Positions 38,765-48,109 of a DNA stretch of 64,000 nucleotides are shown one piece after another (within the stretch, counting starts at the first letter, position 1; each line of letters opens with the position of its first letter). The position numbers were made by a program, and so were the translations under genes. This stretch comes from Candidatus Omnitrophota bacterium (GTDB lineage: Bacteria; Omnitrophota; Gorgyraeia; 2-01-FULL-45-10). The stretch covers positions 182,814 to 246,813 of the forward strand of contig JAUYOL010000036.1 in assembly GCA_030695905.1 (NCBI GenBank), given 5' to 3'. The notes below the pieces were generated by a model that did no database searches, was not told where the DNA came from, and was given only the letters and a program-made list of their open reading frames with translations.

Positions 38765-40024
38765 CTAAATTTTTCTGATAACAAGCCCCGACAGCGGCTT
38801 AGGATAAAAATATGTGGCCTTTCTGGGCATCTTTTCCCCGTGTTCGGCCACCTTCTTCATCTGCGAAACTTTTGTAGGATTAAGCAGGAAAGCTATTTTA
38901 AACTTTCCCTTGCCTGCTAAGGTAAGCGCCTCATCCGCATCTTTGACAAACTCTATATTATCATCTTCATCGCGAATATCCAACACATTTTGTATGATAA
39001 ACTTGTGCAATATCGCCACGTCCAGGCTCTTCCAATCTTGCGAACCTTCTCCCATAAAGGTCCTTGCCGCGTTCTCTTTGTTTAATTTTAAACAATAGAA
39101 CTTTTTGCCGCCCATATACATTCCAAAAGCATGGTAATCCCTGAGCTCCTTGGGCCTGGAAATACATTTTTTGGCGGAAGGGTATTCCTCGACAATAAAA
39201 TATCTGTTTAATTTTTCCAATATATCGTTTTTTGTTAATTTGCCTATATCTTTTATTAATCGATGGGTGGGTAATATTGTGAGGGAATCGTCATCGAGCT
39301 TGCAGAAGTACGCTAATGTGTATTTTGAATTTTCACTGCCTGTCTCATTGGCATAATTTATCGCGGTCTCATAACGGTGATGCCCGTCGGCGATAAATAC
39401 GTTTTTATCTGTCATAAAACGCTCTATCTTTTCTATGGCGTCTGAGCGCGATATCTTCCAAGCTCTATTACGGATACCGTCTATACTGATATCTATAAAA
39501 GGCTTCGTAGCCTTCATAACTTTTTTTAATATAGCGCCGACTTCGTCTTTATCGTCCTGATATAGCATAAATACCGGGCTCAAGTTCGCCGAGACGCTTC
39601 TCATGAGATTCAATCTGTCTGCCTTAGGCGCCTGAAGGGTGTTTTCATGAGGCAGTACAGCTTTTTTGTCAGAGAGCTCAAGCTTTAGCGCGCTTATAAA
39701 GCCTATTCTCTCGATTATCTTGCCGTCATATTTGTACTTTTGCGAATATATGTATATTGCTTCTCCATCATCTTCAATGAGGATATCTTTATTGAGCCAT
39801 GCATCAAAAAATTCTTTTGCGCGCGTGTATCTGTTACTAGACACATCGTCAGACTTTTTTATCTTTCCCAGAATTAGCCTTACGATATTATTCTCATGCT
39901 TCTTATAAAGCGCGGATTGCATTGCCGGCGGGATGACATCATAAGGCGGCGCCACCACCTTAGTAAAATCCTTTACCTTCTTCTTATTATATATAATTGC
40001 TTTAAACGGTCTTATCGATGGCAC
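38765..40024 (-). CDS. DUF1015 family protein
   Basis: MPSIRPFKAIIYNKKKVKDFTKVVAPPYDVIPP… is the characteristic DUF1015 N-terminus. 419 aa. Confidence 0.7.
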   Translation of the reverse strand: MPSIRPFKAIIYNKKKVKDFTKVVAPPYDVIPPAMQSALYKKHENNIVRLILGKIKKSDDVSSNRYTRAKEFFDAWLNKDILIEDDGEAIYIYSQKYKYDGKIIERIGFISALKLELSDKKAVLPHENTLQAPKADRLNLMRSVSANLSPVFMLYQDDKDEVGAILKKVMKATKPFIDISIDGIRNRAWKISRSDAIEKIERFMTDKNVFIADGHHRYETAINYANETGSENSKYTLAYFCKLDDDSLTILPTHRLIKDIGKLTKNDILEKLNRYFIVEEYPSAKKCISRPKELRDYHAFGMYMGGKKFYCLKLNKENAARTFMGEGSQDWKSLDVAILHKFIIQNVLDIRDEDDNIEFVKDADEALTLAGKGKFKIAFLLNPTKVSQMKKVAEHGEKMPRKATYFYPKPLSGLVIRKI

Positions 40025-40403
40025 TTTTAACCCTTTCTTTATATAAAGATAACCCGGCGCCGATAGCGGATCCTATAAGATCGGATAATAAATCTATTAT
40101 ATCGCAACTCCTGCCGGAAACAAAACGCTGATGAATCTCATCCGAGGCCCCGTATAACAAAGCTATCGCGACTGCCGCGATAAAGATTAATTTATAGTTA
40201 GGTTTGACTGAAGAATGGACGAATGCCCTGGCAAGAAGGAAGCCTAAGACAAGATATTCTACAAGATGAAATAACTTATCTATGTTCCGTATATCAAACT
40301 TCGGCATCTGGTCGGATACGATAGAAGAAGCGTAAAAAATTATCCCCATCCATAGAAAGACAGGGGTCCAGAACCATAGCAATACGCCTACTCTTTTGAA
40401 CAC
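40002..40403 (-). CDS. VanZ-like family membrane protein
   Basis: 133 aa, 4 TM, with a conserved …LLYGASDEIHQRFVSGRSCDIIDLLSDLIGSAIG C-terminal segment typical of VanZ. Confidence 0.65.
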   Translation of the reverse strand: MFKRVGVLLWFWTPVFLWMGIIFYASSIVSDQMPKFDIRNIDKLFHLVEYLVLGFLLARAFVHSSVKPNYKLIFIAAVAIALLYGASDEIHQRFVSGRSCDIIDLLSDLIGSAIGAGLSLYKERVKSAIDKTV

Positions 40404-40642
40404 GACTTACCTTTATTCGACGGGCAGTGTTTACAGGCGTCCGAATGTGGATGGCCCTTCTTTTTCTTATAATCCGTCTCGTAAAAACCTGTGCCCTTAA
40501 ATATTATCCCCGAACCTCCTCCTATGAGCCGGTGCACCTTACCGCCGCACTTCGGGCACTTTTTTATAGGCTCATCTTTCATATTCTGGAACAGGTCAAA
40601 ATTCTTTTTACATTTGTCACATGAATATTCGTATGTCGGCAT
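40388..40642 (-). CDS. FmdB-family zinc-ribbon protein
   Basis: MPTYEYSCDKC…CPKCGG…; 84 aa. Confidence 0.7.
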   Translation of the reverse strand: MPTYEYSCDKCKKNFDLFQNMKDEPIKKCPKCGGKVHRLIGGGSGIIFKGTGFYETDYKKKKGHPHSDACKHCPSNKGKSCSKE

Positions 40643-40643
40643 T

Positions 40644-41813
40644 TTATTTGAGCATCCTCCTCATCTTTTCCATAAATGACTGCCCTAACGGCCCCGGATG
40701 TTTGTCCGATACCTTGGCAAATTCTTTCAACAGCCTCTTCTGCTCCGCAGTCAAATCTGTCGGTACATCTACCTGCATTTTTACCAGCTGATCGCCCCTG
40801 CCATAATCATGCAGGCGAGCTATTCCTCTTCCTCTTAACCTGAATACTTTTCCACTCTGGGTGCCGGCGGGTATCTTCATCTTTATCTTACCCTCAAGCG
40901 TCGGGACCTCTACTTCCCCGCCAAGCACGGCGACGACGAACTCCACAGGGACTTCACAATATACGTCAGATTCGTGCCTTTCAAATATTTCATGCGGCTT
41001 AACATGTATGACAAGATATAGATCGCCGCGGCGTCCGCCTTTTTCTCCCGCTTCGCCCTGGCCCTGAAGCCTTAGGCGCGAACCGGAATCTACGCCAGCC
41101 GGTATATTTACCTCTATCTCTTTTTTGGCCCTTATACGCCCCCTACCGCTGCACTCCTGACAGGGTGTCTTTGTTATAACTCCTTCACCGGCGCATTTAT
41201 CGCAGGTTCTTACTATATTAAAGAAACCATTTGATGAGCTTACCTGCCCACGCCCTCCGCAGGCAGGGCACCTTTCCTGTTTCGAACCGGGCTTGGCCCC
41301 TGTACCACCACATTCTTCGCAGGACTCAAATCGAGGTATAGATATAGTCTTCTTCCCGCCAAAAGCGGCGTCTTCAAAATTTATCTCTATCTTATATTCA
41401 AGGTCGTGACCACGCTGAGGCCCCCCACGCCTTCCAGCGCCGCCGAAGCCTGCGCCGAATATGTCGCCGCCAAAACCGAATCCCTGAAGTATGTCATTTA
41501 AATTGACACCCCAGTCACGCAGGTCATCAAAATGGTGGAAGTCCTGATTAAAGTCGAAACCGCCACCCTTAAAGGAACTATCCACACCGGCGTGGCCGTA
41601 TTGATCGTACGTAGCCTTCTTATTGGGGTCCATCAGGACTTCGTACGCTTCCGACATCTCCTTAAACTTCTCTTCCGCTTCCTTCTTCTTGTCGGCGCCT
41701 ACCCTGTCCGGATGGTACTTTAAGGCGAGATTTCTGTAAGCTTTCTTTATCTCATCGGCCGTGGCGGACCTGCTCAAGCCGAGTATGTCATAGTAGTCTC
41801 TTTTAGTAGTCAT
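40644..41813 (-). CDS. dnaJ: Molecular chaperone DnaJ
   Basis: J-domain (YYDILGLSRSATADEIKKAYRNLALKYHPDR), G/F region, and four CxxCxGxG repeats. Confidence 0.95.
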   Translation of the reverse strand: MTTKRDYYDILGLSRSATADEIKKAYRNLALKYHPDRVGADKKKEAEEKFKEMSEAYEVLMDPNKKATYDQYGHAGVDSSFKGGGFDFNQDFHHFDDLRDWGVNLNDILQGFGFGGDIFGAGFGGAGRRGGPQRGHDLEYKIEINFEDAAFGGKKTISIPRFESCEECGGTGAKPGSKQERCPACGGRGQVSSSNGFFNIVRTCDKCAGEGVITKTPCQECSGRGRIRAKKEIEVNIPAGVDSGSRLRLQGQGEAGEKGGRRGDLYLVIHVKPHEIFERHESDVYCEVPVEFVVAVLGGEVEVPTLEGKIKMKIPAGTQSGKVFRLRGRGIARLHDYGRGDQLVKMQVDVPTDLTAEQKRLLKEFAKVSDKHPGPLGQSFMEKMRRMLK

Positions 41814-41831
41814 TCAATTCTTTCTTGCCTT

Positions 41832-42086
41832 CTATCGATAAACATCTTTGCGATGTTTTATTCTATAAATAATTACTTCTCTTGCCTTATCATCTATGCG
41901 ATATACTATTCTGAAATCTCCTGACCGAAGCCTGTAACCTTCGTCAGCGGTTAATTTTTTACACCCAAAAGGCCTGGGATTTTCCGACAGTGCCAATATT
42001 TTCTTCTTGATAGCATCAAAATCATGCATTGTAATAGTATCGAGGTCTTTTTCGGCCTTTGAAACTATCTTGATGCTATATTTCAT
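41832..42086 (-). CDS. Type II toxin RelE/ParE family
   Basis: 84 aa: …FDAIKKKILALSENPRPFGCKKL…RLRSGDFRIVYRIDDKAREVIIYRIKHRKDVY. 4 nt overlap with the upstream small gene. Confidence 0.7.
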   Translation of the reverse strand: MKYSIKIVSKAEKDLDTITMHDFDAIKKKILALSENPRPFGCKKLTADEGYRLRSGDFRIVYRIDDKAREVIIYRIKHRKDVYR

Positions 42087-42307
42087 GCTTTTCTTTTCTT
42101 AAGATAATCATCGAACGTTATAGCGATTTTTTCCTGCGGACGCAACTCCTTGAGTTCAACGATATCCTCTATCATCTCTTCGCGCTCAAGCTGGCTCTTT
42201 AATGCCTTTTCGACAAAAAAGCCCTGCTTCAACCCATGCAACTGACAGAATTCCTTAATCTGCTGTATAAGAGACTTTTCAATTTTTATGGATAATACGC
42301 TCTTCAT
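42083..42307 (-). CDS. Putative antitoxin (small helical/RHH-like protein) of the RelE/ParE pair
   Basis: 74 aa, precedes and overlaps the toxin gene, preceded by a strong sigma70-like promoter and a GGAGG RBS. Confidence 0.5.
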   Translation of the reverse strand: MKSVLSIKIEKSLIQQIKEFCQLHGLKQGFFVEKALKSQLEREEMIEDIVELKELRPQEKIAITFDDYLKKRKA

Positions 42308-42324
42308 TCTTCACCTCCAAAACA

Positions 42325-42353
42325 AGTATATATCAAAAAACTTACTTTGTCAA
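42325..42353 (-). promoter_or_regulatory. Sigma70-like promoter of the toxin-antitoxin module (TTGACA-N17-TATACT on the minus strand) with GGAGG RBS
   Basis: Read directly on the reverse strand: ttgacaaagtaagttttttgatatatacttgttttggaggtgaagaATG. Confidence 0.45.
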
Positions 42354-42741
42354 TATAAAAGTATGTAAAATATTACTTTTGTAATTATAGCCTACATCTA
42401 TAATTTTACGGGTCCAGGCCCATCAGCAGAAGATCTCAAACCTAATCCTTCGTTACGTTCGCACAAATATGATAAATTTTTTGCTTCCAGATGTAGGCGG
42501 TCGCTTTTGTAGCCGCCTTCCGCTGACATAAAAGGGTGTCCCCTTCTATGATGGCCCCTACCTCTTCCATGTGTTGCCCTTCTTTGTAAAACTTTTTCGC
42601 TTATGTCGCGGGCGGGGCTTGTGGGGTTCCGCCTGAAGCGGCGTTGAAAATTTTGATTCCTTTTGGCGATTCAGAACGGCCGGACAAACTGGGCCATTGT
42701 ATACTGGTTGCCAGGTTGAACGGCCATCAAAATTTTCCCGA

Positions 42742-42770
42742 GCAAATTTACATGCCTAATGTAAATTTGC
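42742..42770. other. Perfect 12-bp inverted repeat with 5-nt loop (GCAAATTTACAT gccta ATGTAAATTTGC) ~50 nt downstream of dnaK stop
   Basis: Read directly. Candidate terminator or attenuator hairpin, or a protein-binding palindrome, inside the 510-bp dnaK-antitoxin gap. Confidence 0.35.
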
Positions 42771-42821
42771 ACCCGCTGAAGGCGAGCCCCGCAAGGACCG
42801 CCATACAGCGTGCGGAAAGTT

Positions 42822-44738
42822 TTACTTCTTGCCCTTTTCGTCATCCGATGTAAATTCTGCGTCGATGACGTCGTCCTTTTTGCCGCCGGCTTCGCCTTCT
42901 GCTTCAGCTCCGCCCTTGGGACTTTGCTGCTGTCCTGCGCCGGGACCCTTACCCTGCTGTTCCTTCGCCGACGTCTTCTTATATATCTCTTCGGCCAACT
43001 TATGCGAAACTTTTGTGAGCTCTTCGGTGCCGCGCTTTATACTGTCGACATTCTTATCCTTCATCGCCTGCTTCAGATCATTGATCCTCGACTCTATGTC
43101 GGCGCGCTCCTGTGAGCTGACCTTATCGCCGAACTCCTTCAGGGATTTTTCGGTAGCGTATACTAAGGTGTCGGCCTGGTTTATGACCTCGACCTCTTCT
43201 TTTCTCTTTTCATCTTCGGCAGCAAATTTTTCCGCTTGTTTAACGAATTTTTCTATCTCTTCCTTTGAAAGCTTCGTTGAGGCGGTTATCTTTATTGACT
43301 GCTCTTTTCCTGTACCGAGATCTTTCGCTCCGACATGAACTATACCGTCCTGGTTAATGTCGAACGAAACTTCTATCTGGGGTATGCCTCTTGGAGCAGG
43401 CGGAATTCCCACAAGATCAAATCTTCCGAGCTCGACGTTATCGTCGGCCATCTTGCGTTCGCCCTGAAGAACCCTTATCGTAACGGCCGTCTGATTATCC
43501 GCGGCGGTAGAAAATACCTGCTTCTTCTGTGTTGGAATGGTAGAGTTCCTCTCGATCAGGCGAGTACATACGCCTCCCAGAGTTTCAATGCCGAGCGACA
43601 GAGGCGTAACGTCGAGTAATAATACGTCTTTCGCCTCGCCGGTCATTATAGCCGCCTGTATTGCCGCTCCTAAAGCGACGCACTCCATAGGATCGACCCC
43701 GCGCTCTATCTTCTTGCCGACATAATCCTCGACGAACTTCTGGACTATAGGCATCCTGGTAGGGCCTCCGACCAATATTACTTTATCGACATTCTTCGCC
43801 GTTATCTTCGCGTCGGACAGTGCCAGTTCCATCGGGTGCTTGCATCTGTCGATAATAGGAGATATAAGCTCTTCGAGCTTTGCCCTGTTCAAAGACGTAG
43901 TCAAATGCTTCGGACCAGACTGATCGGCCGTGATGAACGGAAGATTCAGGTCCGTCGACATCGTGCTCGATAGTTCCACCTTAGCCTTTTCGGCGGCTTC
44001 CCTGACTCTCTGCATCGCCATCTTGTCATTCTTTAGATCTATACCGGTATCTTTCTTAAATTCTTTCGTAATATAATCAACGAGCGTATTATCCATGTCT
44101 GTACCGCCGAGTTGCGTATCGCCGCTTGTCGATATGACCTCGAATGTCGCCGCCTTATGTTCATCATCCCAGCCCATTTCGAGCACTGTAACATCGAGCG
44201 TCCCGCCCCCAAGGTCGAATACCATTATCTTCTGCTCCTTGCCGGCCTTATCGATACCATAAGCAAGGCACGCCGCCGTCGGCTCATTGATTATTCTCAA
44301 TACCTTTAATCCCGCTATCTCGCCCGCGTCCTTTGTCGCCTGGCGCTGGTTATCATTAAAATACGCGGGGCAGGTTATGACTGCTTCGTTTACCGTATCA
44401 CCCAGATAGTTTTCCGCATCCTGTTTGATCTTTGCCAATATAAATGCTGATATCTGCTGCGGCGTATATTCCTTCCCGTATACCTTATACTTGAAGTCGG
44501 TGCCCATCTTCCGCTTTGCCGCGAAGACCGTGCCTTCCGGATTTATCGATGCCTGGCGCCTTGCAGGTTCTCCGACCAGCTTTTGCCCGTCTTTGGTAAA
44601 AGCTACGAATGACGGAAACGCCTTGCCGCTGGCGACTCCCGCGCCTTCCGCTGATGGAATTATTACGGGCCTGCCCGCTTCCATGTGAGCAGCGGCTGAA
44701 TTTGATGTTCCTAAGTCTATACCTATTACCTTTGCCAT
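42822..44738 (-). CDS. dnaK: Molecular chaperone DnaK (Hsp70)
   Basis: [17 protein letters not shown]…[13 protein letters not shown]…; 638 aa. Confidence 0.95.
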   Translation of the reverse strand: MAKVIGIDLGTSNSAAAHMEAGRPVIIPSAEGAGVASGKAFPSFVAFTKDGQKLVGEPARRQASINPEGTVFAAKRKMGTDFKYKVYGKEYTPQQISAFILAKIKQDAENYLGDTVNEAVITCPAYFNDNQRQATKDAGEIAGLKVLRIINEPTAACLAYGIDKAGKEQKIMVFDLGGGTLDVTVLEMGWDDEHKAATFEVISTSGDTQLGGTDMDNTLVDYITKEFKKDTGIDLKNDKMAMQRVREAAEKAKVELSSTMSTDLNLPFITADQSGPKHLTTSLNRAKLEELISPIIDRCKHPMELALSDAKITAKNVDKVILVGGPTRMPIVQKFVEDYVGKKIERGVDPMECVALGAAIQAAIMTGEAKDVLLLDVTPLSLGIETLGGVCTRLIERNSTIPTQKKQVFSTAADNQTAVTIRVLQGERKMADDNVELGRFDLVGIPPAPRGIPQIEVSFDINQDGIVHVGAKDLGTGKEQSIKITASTKLSKEEIEKFVKQAEKFAAEDEKRKEEVEVINQADTLVYATEKSLKEFGDKVSSQERADIESRINDLKQAMKDKNVDSIKRGTEELTKVSHKLAEEIYKKTSAKEQQGKGPGAGQQQSPKGGAEAEGEAGGKKDDVIDAEFTSDDEKGKK

Positions 44739-44740
44739 AC

Positions 44741-45280
44741 TTAACCTCCGTGTTTTACTATTTTTACCGACGCCGGACGCAATAACCTGCCGTTAAATGT
44801 ATAGCCCGGCTTCAATTCATCTACAATTAAACCTTCTTCCTTATCTTTTATATCGACCGAGTCTATAGGTTCGTGCAGATTGGGATCGAACTTCCCGCCG
44901 ACAGCCTTTATCCTATCCAGTCCAATATCTTTTAAGAATTTCTGGATCTGCAGATGGATCATGTCGACTCCTTCCTGCACAGCCTTAAAGTCCTTGGCCT
45001 CCTTTATATGTTTTTCCGATATTTCGAGTGAGTCTACTATCGGCAATAGATCTATAACAAACGACTCGTTGGCATACTTTAAATAATCACCTTTTTCTTT
45101 TTCGATACGGCGCTTGGCATTTTCAAATTCAGCGTGAGCCCTTACATACTTATCATAGTACGCGTCGCGCTCATCATGCTTTACTTTAAGAGCTTCGTAC
45201 TCCTTCTTGGGGATAGTCACCATCTCTTCGAGCAGGGGTATATCTTTCCCCTTATTATCATTTTCTTTGGGCATTATCAT
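44741..45280 (-). CDS. grpE: Nucleotide exchange factor GrpE
   Basis: 179 aa with a coiled-coil N-terminus and a C-terminal …[24 protein letters not shown] beta-sheet domain. Sits between hrcA and dnaK. Confidence 0.9.
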   Translation of the reverse strand: MIMPKENDNKGKDIPLLEEMVTIPKKEYEALKVKHDERDAYYDKYVRAHAEFENAKRRIEKEKGDYLKYANESFVIDLLPIVDSLEISEKHIKEAKDFKAVQEGVDMIHLQIQKFLKDIGLDRIKAVGGKFDPNLHEPIDSVDIKDKEEGLIVDELKPGYTFNGRLLRPASVKIVKHGG

Positions 45281-46014
45281 TACTCCATATCATCTATTAT
45301 TATGGAAACAGTATCAGCAAGAAGCTCAACCATCGGCACGACCCTCTCATAGACCATTCTCTTTGGCCCTATTACTCCTACCTTGCCGCTTTTTTTGCCT
45401 CTGACTTTATAGCCTCTGGTAACTACGCTGCATTCGGATAGCTGGTTTGATTTATTCTCTTTACCTATATGTATGGTTAGCGAGTCGTCCTCTGTCTCGC
45501 CACACAAAATTTTTAATATGCTGACTTTATCTTCAAGGCATTTGAAGATACTTTGCAGCTTCTTAATATCGTGGAATTCGGGCTGTTCTATAAGATGGCT
45601 CGCCCCATCAAGATATACCCTGTCTATATCCGGCAACAAAGTTATACCGACATAATTTGTGAGGCTCGACATAAGATGCGACGTCTTTTCCAGGATATCC
45701 TCAAGAGACCTTATCTTCTGGTGGTACTGCTCTTCCACCATATGCAGTATATTATCATTGATGCTTCGTTTATGCATGAGGCTGTTGACATAATAGCGAT
45801 AACCTTTATCTGTAGGGATCCTTCCCGCGGAAGTGTGCGGGTGCATGAGAAAGCCCTCTTCCTCCAGGTCGCTCATGACGTTACGGATAGTCGCGCTGGA
45901 TAGTCCGAGCTTGCGGGCAACGAATCGCGAGCCGACCGGCTCTGCGGATTCAGTATAGTTCCTCACGATTATCTCTAAAACCGCTTCTTCTCTTCTCTTA
46001 GCGCTCTTTGGCAT
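45280..46014 (-). CDS. hrcA: Heat-inducible transcriptional repressor HrcA (short form, 244 aa)
   Basis: N-terminal wHTH (LEIIVRNYTESAEPVGSRFVARKLGLSSATIRNVMSDLEEEGFLMHPHTSAGRIPT). CIRCE lies immediately upstream. Confidence 0.8.
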   Translation of the reverse strand: MPKSAKRREEAVLEIIVRNYTESAEPVGSRFVARKLGLSSATIRNVMSDLEEEGFLMHPHTSAGRIPTDKGYRYYVNSLMHKRSINDNILHMVEEQYHQKIRSLEDILEKTSHLMSSLTNYVGITLLPDIDRVYLDGASHLIEQPEFHDIKKLQSIFKCLEDKVSILKILCGETEDDSLTIHIGKENKSNQLSECSVVTRGYKVRGKKSGKVGVIGPKRMVYERVVPMVELLADTVSIIIDDME

Positions 46015-46038
46015 AACACGTTTCCTTCGTCAGACAAA

Positions 46039-46089
46039 TTAGCACTCTTTATTTAAGAGTGCTAATATAGCAGTCTATCATAACTCAAT
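46039..46089 (-). promoter_or_regulatory. CIRCE operator (TTAGCACTC-N9-GAGTGCTAA, perfect) with adjacent sigma70-like -35 TTGACA. Heat-shock promoter of hrcA-grpE-dnaK
   Basis: ttagcactctttatttaagagtgctaa at 46039..46065 is a perfect CIRCE consensus. TTGACA is at 46084..46089 on the minus strand, 16 nt upstream of a TAGACT -10-like hexamer. Confidence 0.8.
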
Positions 46090-46095
46090 TTTTTG

Positions 46096-47184
46096 TCAAG
46101 CAAATTTGACGGTATTTTGCGCATCCGATATCATCCTGATCAGAGAGTCGAATCCTTCTCTTTTTAATGCCGATATCGCCACAGAATTAGGAAAATATTC
46201 TACTGCCCTATCTACCGCTATCTGATTCTCCACCTTATCTATCTTATTAAGGACAGTGATGATCTTTTTATCTTTGGCGCCTATCTCCTCCAATACCTTA
46301 TATACGGCGTTAGACTGCTCCTTCGCTTTCGGATGACTCACATCTACTATGTGCAGGAGCAGGTCCGCCTCGACCACTTCTTCGAGAGTCGCTTTGAACG
46401 CTTCCACGAGGTTGTGAGGCAGGTTATCTATAAATCCTACCGTATCGACAAAAAGAATATTTCTTCTGTCCGGCAGCGTATACCTGCGCACGGTGGGGTC
46501 CAGAGTGGAGAAAAGTTTATTCTGAACGACTACATCTGATTTTGTAAGCGCATTTATTAAAGTAGACTTACCTACATTCGTATATCCTATAATGGCTATG
46601 GTCGGAAGAGAAAATCTGTCTCTTTTTTTACGCATCATGCCGCGCCTGGCGCTTAAGTTCTCAAGCTCTTTTTCAAGCCTGAATATCCTGGACCTGATAC
46701 GGCGCCGGTCAACCTCGAGCTTCTTTTCACCCGGCCCTACTGTACCTATACCGCCTCCGAGCCTTGACATCTGTATGCCCTTGCCTGTCAGCCGCGGCAG
46801 TAAATACATCAATTGCGCCAACTCAACCTGCGCCTTACCTTCATTAGAATGGGCTCGTCTGGCGAATATATCAAGTATCAGCTGCGTCCTGTCTATAACC
46901 TTCTTACCTATTATCTCTTCCAGATTCCTCTGTTGGGTGCCGCTAAGATCATTATTGAATACAACAATACTTATATTTTTCTCCGCGCACAGGCGTCCGA
47001 TCTCTTCGGCCTTGCCCTTGCCTATATAACAGGCAGGTTCTATCTTTTCTCTGCGGACGATAAGCTCTTCCACGACCTTCGCGCCGCAGGAAGAGGCAAG
47101 CTCAACAAGCTCCTTCGAGCGTTCTTTCGGAGTCCACTCTTCGCGTCTTTTAAGATCAATGGTTACGGTTATTGCCAATTCCAA
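46096..47184 (-). CDS. hflX: GTPase HflX
   Basis: HflX N-terminal domain, G-domain GYTNVGKST…DTVGF…NKID; 362 aa. Confidence 0.9.
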   Translation of the reverse strand: MELAITVTIDLKRREEWTPKERSKELVELASSCGAKVVEELIVRREKIEPACYIGKGKAEEIGRLCAEKNISIVVFNNDLSGTQQRNLEEIIGKKVIDRTQLILDIFARRAHSNEGKAQVELAQLMYLLPRLTGKGIQMSRLGGGIGTVGPGEKKLEVDRRRIRSRIFRLEKELENLSARRGMMRKKRDRFSLPTIAIIGYTNVGKSTLINALTKSDVVVQNKLFSTLDPTVRRYTLPDRRNILFVDTVGFIDNLPHNLVEAFKATLEEVVEADLLLHIVDVSHPKAKEQSNAVYKVLEEIGAKDKKIITVLNKIDKVENQIAVDRAVEYFPNSVAISALKREGFDSLIRMISDAQNTVKFA

Positions 47185-47185
47185 T

Positions 47186-48109
47186 TTACGATACCCCTTT
47201 CGCGATTGCGCTTATTATCCTGCCCTGCGAAATCTTGCTGACGTCGAACCACTTTATCCTTTTATCAGGCCTGTGCCATGTAAGCTGCCGCTTCGCAAAG
47301 CGCCTTGTATTCATCTTCATCAGCTCCTTCGCCGCGTTAAGGCCGTATTCGCCTTTTAGAAAACCGGACAACTCTCTTAGTCCTATCACGGCATTTGCGG
47401 TCTTGCTCAATTTCTTTTTGTATATATTTTTAACTTCTTTTAAGGCTCCGGCATTAATCATATCATCAACCCTATCGTTTATATTCGAATAGATAAGGTC
47501 TCTGGGGGCCGTCAGGCCGAATATCTTTACTTTGTAGCTACCCGCTATGCCTTTTGTGCTCTTCTTTAATTCGGTCATAGTCTTACCGGTACTATTATAT
47601 ATCTCAAGAGCTCTTATTACACGCCTGATATCATTTTTATGGATAAGACGCGCGGACTGCGGATCAACCTTCTGTAATTTTTTATACAGATACTCATTTC
47701 CATAACGCGCGGCAAGGCCATACATCTTTTTCCTGAAATTTTGATCCGCTTCCGGTGAGGGAAAAAGGCCGTCTACCAGCGCCCTTACATACAGCCCGGT
47801 ACCTCCGAGAACTATCGGTATCTTTTTGCGTTTTAATATATCTTTTATTAAATGTTCGGCGCGTCCGGCAAATTGCGCGGCTGAAAATTCACTTTGTGGA
47901 TTTAAGAATTTTATCAGGTGATATCGCGTATTTTTTGTCTCTTTGACGCCCGGAGCCTGGCTTAGGATATTTACACCTTTATATACCTGCATGGAGTCGC
48001 AGGATATTATTTCACCTTCGATCTTTTTGGCGAGTCTGACACCAAGCGCTGTCTTGCCTATCGCCGTCGGCCCAACAATAATTATAATGAAGGGCTTAGT
48101 TAGCGGCAT
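47186..48109 (-). CDS. miaA: tRNA dimethylallyltransferase
   Basis: IIIVGPTAIGKTALGVRLAKK…ISCDSMQVYKG…; 307 aa. Confidence 0.9.
   Translation of the reverse strand: MPLTKPFIIIIVGPTAIGKTALGVRLAKKIEGEIISCDSMQVYKGVNILSQAPGVKETKNTRYHLIKFLNPQSEFSAAQFAGRAEHLIKDILKRKKIPIVLGGTGLYVRALVDGLFPSPEADQNFRKKMYGLAARYGNEYLYKKLQKVDPQSARLIHKNDIRRVIRALEIYNSTGKTMTELKKSTKGIAGSYKVKIFGLTAPRDLIYSNINDRVDDMINAGALKEVKNIYKKKLSKTANAVIGLRELSGFLKGEYGLNAAKELMKMNTRRFAKRQLTWHRPDKRIKWFDVSKISQGRIISAIAKGVS

Noticed and set aside
42420-42830. Possible tmRNA, RNase P RNA, SRP RNA or tRNA in the dnaK-antitoxin gap
   Set aside because: I looked on both strands for GGTTCGAATCC-type T-loops, a tmRNA ...ALAA tag frame, the RNase P GGAAAGTCCGGGCTCC / ACAGAACCCGGCTTA boxes and the SRP GGAAGGAAGCAGC motif. 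Only weak partial resemblances were found, so no RNA gene is called.
42644-42853. 69-aa plus-strand ORF in the gap overlapping the dnaK 3' end
   Set aside because: Opposite strand to everything around it. It overlaps the dnaK stop, has no RBS and no recognisable domain, so it is likely spurious.
42829-43338. 169-aa plus-strand ORF
   Set aside because: Lies entirely inside dnaK on the opposite strand. It is a low-complexity Ser/Pro-rich shadow ORF.
45280-46014. HrcA being truncated or a pseudogene because it is only 244 aa
   Set aside because: The ORF is intact, overlaps grpE in the conserved operon arrangement and sits behind a perfect CIRCE. It is more parsimonious to treat it as a short-form HrcA.
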